A DNA stretch of 17,155 nucleotides from Gemmatimonadota bacterium. Lineage in GTDB: Bacteria; Gemmatimonadota; Gemmatimonadetes; Gemmatimonadales; GWC2-71-9. The translations under genes were made by a program, and so were the position numbers. Below are positions 15,445 through 17,155 of the stretch, piece by piece (positions within the stretch are counted from its first letter, which is position 1; every line of letters starts with the position of its first letter). The DNA is taken from NCBI GenBank assembly GCA_039586365.1, contig JBDHKN010000094.1, forward strand, positions 1-17,155. The letters run 5' to 3'. A model generated the notes under the pieces. That model saw only the letters and a program-made list of their open reading frames with translations, had not been told where the DNA came from and searched no databases.

Positions 15445-16106
15445 CGTATAGTCGTCACCGCATAGACAAAGAGATTGACACCCATTTGCAGCGCCGCTTC
15501 CCGGACCTCCGGTGGGTCCGCGTGAACCTCGGGGTCTTCCCAACCGTCGCCGAGATCGGACTGATAACTGTAAAACACCGCTAGTCGTCCCGCGACGAAG
15601 ATGCCGAATGCCTGAGCCGGGATACCGTCATGCTCGTGGACCTTGGGGATACCCTGCGGGAATTGGTACAAGATACGGTAGACTTCGTGCTCCAACGGGA
15701 TCTCCACCAGTGGGTGCTCGGGAAACACCCGGGCTATCTCTCGGCGAAACGACTCGTCCATGCCGTAGTTGTCGTCGGCGTGCAGGAATCCCCCATTCTC
15801 CAGGTAGCGGCGCAGTTGGCTCACCTCGTCGTCAGAGAAGTGAACGTTGCCGTGTCCCGTCATGTACAGCGCGGGAACTTCCCACAGCTCCGGGCCGCTC
15901 AGGCGGACCACCAGTTCCCGCTGCGAGACCGGTAGCCTCGTACGTTCACCAATGGCACTCAGCAGATTGGGTAGGCTGGACGGATTTGCGTACCAATCCC
16001 CGCCGCCGTCATAGTGTACGCGCCCCACGGTCAGTCCCGGCTCTTGCGGCAGAGCGGCTGAGAGCAGGACCACCGCCGCCATTCCCACGACGGCCTTGCC
16101 GATCAT
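15441..16106 (-). CDS. DUF4159 domain-containing exported protein
   Basis: Signal-like N-terminus. Motifs YDGGGDWYANPSSLPNL, YMTGHG, LRRYLENGGFLHADDNYG, PKVHEHDG, DLGDGWED and ALQMGVNLFVYA. ATGA overlap with the rsmI stop (16103-16106). Confidence 0.88.
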   Translation of the reverse strand: MIGKAVVGMAAVVLLSAALPQEPGLTVGRVHYDGGGDWYANPSSLPNLLSAIGERTRLPVSQRELVVRLSGPELWEVPALYMTGHGNVHFSDDEVSQLRRYLENGGFLHADDNYGMDESFRREIARVFPEHPLVEIPLEHEVYRILYQFPQGIPKVHEHDGIPAQAFGIFVAGRLAVFYSYQSDLGDGWEDPEVHADPPEVREAALQMGVNLFVYAVTTIR

Positions 16107-16930
16107 AGCTCGGTAACCATTCGGTAGACCTCTCTGCGGGGCAGGGAGAATTCTGCGGCGATTCGATTAGCGGCATCCTTGCGGCTCAGCCCGTCAGCGA
16201 GTAGAGCTTGGGCCCTGCTGCGCACCGTCTCCGCATCGACGGCCGGCTCGACAGGCTCCGTCCCAGCAATCAGCACTGTGACTTCACCCCGCGGGGTATG
16301 CTCCTCATAATAAACCGCCAAGTCTGCGAGGTTTCCGCACTTTAGCTCCTCATGGACTTTGGTTAGTTCGCGGGCAACCATCCCCGGCCGGTCGGGTCCA
16401 CAGGACTCGCTCAGGTCCAGCAACAACCGCAGCAGGCGATTCGCCGCCTCGAACACGACCACCGTCCGGGGACTCGCAGCAACTGCCTCCAGTTGCCGCC
16501 TTCTTTCCGGTCCCTTGCGGGGCAAGAATCCCAGAAACGTGTATTGGTCGGCGGGCATTCCCGATACACTGAGCGCCGTCGCCACGGCAGATGGGCCTGG
16601 AATGGGAACCACGTTTGCGCCTGCGGCTCGAGCCCGCAGCACCAGTTCACTCCCCGGATCACTGACAGTTGGAGTGCCAGCATCCGTTAGGAGGGCAACG
16701 TCGGCACCACCAACGAGGAAACGTTCCAGCAAGTCCAAGCGGCCCGCTGGCGAATGGGCGTGGTAGCTGTACACCTTGGGACGCGCACCGATGTGACTCA
16801 GCAGTATCCGGGCGCGCCGAGTGTCCTCTGCCGCAATCAATTCGACTTGACGCAGGATCTGGACCGCACGCTCAGATAGATCCGCGAGGTTTCCGAGCGG
16901 ACTGGCAATCACATAGAGTGTACCTGACAC
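16103..16930 (-). CDS. rsmI: 16S rRNA (cytidine(1402)-2'-O)-methyltransferase
   Basis: GTLYVIASPLGNLADLSERA, IAAEDTR, TDAGTPTVSDPG, PIPGPSA, FLGFLP, VARELTKVHEE and RGEVTV motifs. Start probably GTG 16930 (VSGTLY); the ORF-track start at 16990 would read through a 13-bp hairpin. Confidence 0.93.
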   Translation of the reverse strand: MSGTLYVIASPLGNLADLSERAVQILRQVELIAAEDTRRARILLSHIGARPKVYSYHAHSPAGRLDLLERFLVGGADVALLTDAGTPTVSDPGSELVLRARAAGANVVPIPGPSAVATALSVSGMPADQYTFLGFLPRKGPERRRQLEAVAASPRTVVVFEAANRLLRLLLDLSESCGPDRPGMVARELTKVHEELKCGNLADLAVYYEEHTPRGEVTVLIAGTEPVEPAVDAETVRSRAQALLADGLSRKDAANRIAAEFSLPRREVYRMVTEL

Positions 16931-16954
16931 GACCGTAATCTGGTCAACGATGAA

Positions 16955-16987
16955 GCGGCGCGCGACGGGTGAGTCGTCGCGCGCCGC
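16955..16987 (-). terminator. Perfect 13-bp GC-rich stem-loop downstream of trxA (terminator or mRNA-stabilising hairpin)
   Basis: Minus strand reads GCGGCGCGCGACG-ACTCACC-CGTCGCGCGCCGC followed by TTCATCGTT (weak U-tract), 45 nt after the trxA stop. Confidence 0.65.
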
Positions 16988-17032
16988 CACTCGTTCTGGT
17001 TGGCCCCGCTACGATCGAAATCGCTTGCAGGG

Positions 17033-17155
17033 CTACAGGTGCTTCTCGAGCGTGTTCACCAAGTGGTCCTTGGGCACGGCACCAACGACCGTGTCCACGA
17101 GTGTGCCGTCCTTGAAGACGAGAAGGGTGGGAATGGACCTGACATTGAACCTCAT
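17033..17155 (-). CDS. trxA: Thioredoxin, C-terminal fragment (5' part outside the window)
   Basis: Manual translation gives ...[40 protein letters not shown] (TAG at 17035-17033), the typical thioredoxin C-terminus with the cis-Pro SIPT loop and FKxG. The WCxxC site is outside the window. Confidence 0.85.
   Translation of the reverse strand: MRFNVRSIPTLLVFKDGTLVDTVVGAVPKDHLVNTLEKHL

Overview
GC-rich, gene-dense bacterial core-genome window. Protein family content suggests Gemmatimonadota/FCB group (inference, not searched). Left to right: a partial lipoprotein-like gene (-, not in the ORF track), nagB (-), divergent gltX (+), a 92-bp palindromic array of 10-bp tandem repeats, an exported M28 peptidase (-), then a ~12.4-kb minus-strand run of eight overlapping genes. 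In transcription order these are rsmI, a DUF4159 protein, a DUF4175-like membrane/coiled-coil protein, an exported TPR protein, a Tat-motif class I GATase-like protein, a JAB(RadC-like)-DinG helicase fusion, a PLP aminotransferase (DapL-like) and a membrane protein with a TonB/TolA-like SxxxH anchor. The 3' end of trxA and a perfect 13-bp hairpin lie upstream of this run. I saw no tRNA, rRNA, CRISPR array or transposase. Main points of interest: (1) DinG carries an N-terminal JAB domain with a complete metal-binding motif. (2) A coupled four-gene envelope module (DUF4159/DUF4175/TPR/GATase-like) has no adjacent MoxR/vWA genes. (3) The palindromic repeat supplies the stop codons of both flanking genes. 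(4) GluRS is cysteine-free and lacks the zinc-binding insertion. Family calls come from motif recognition only; no database searches were run.
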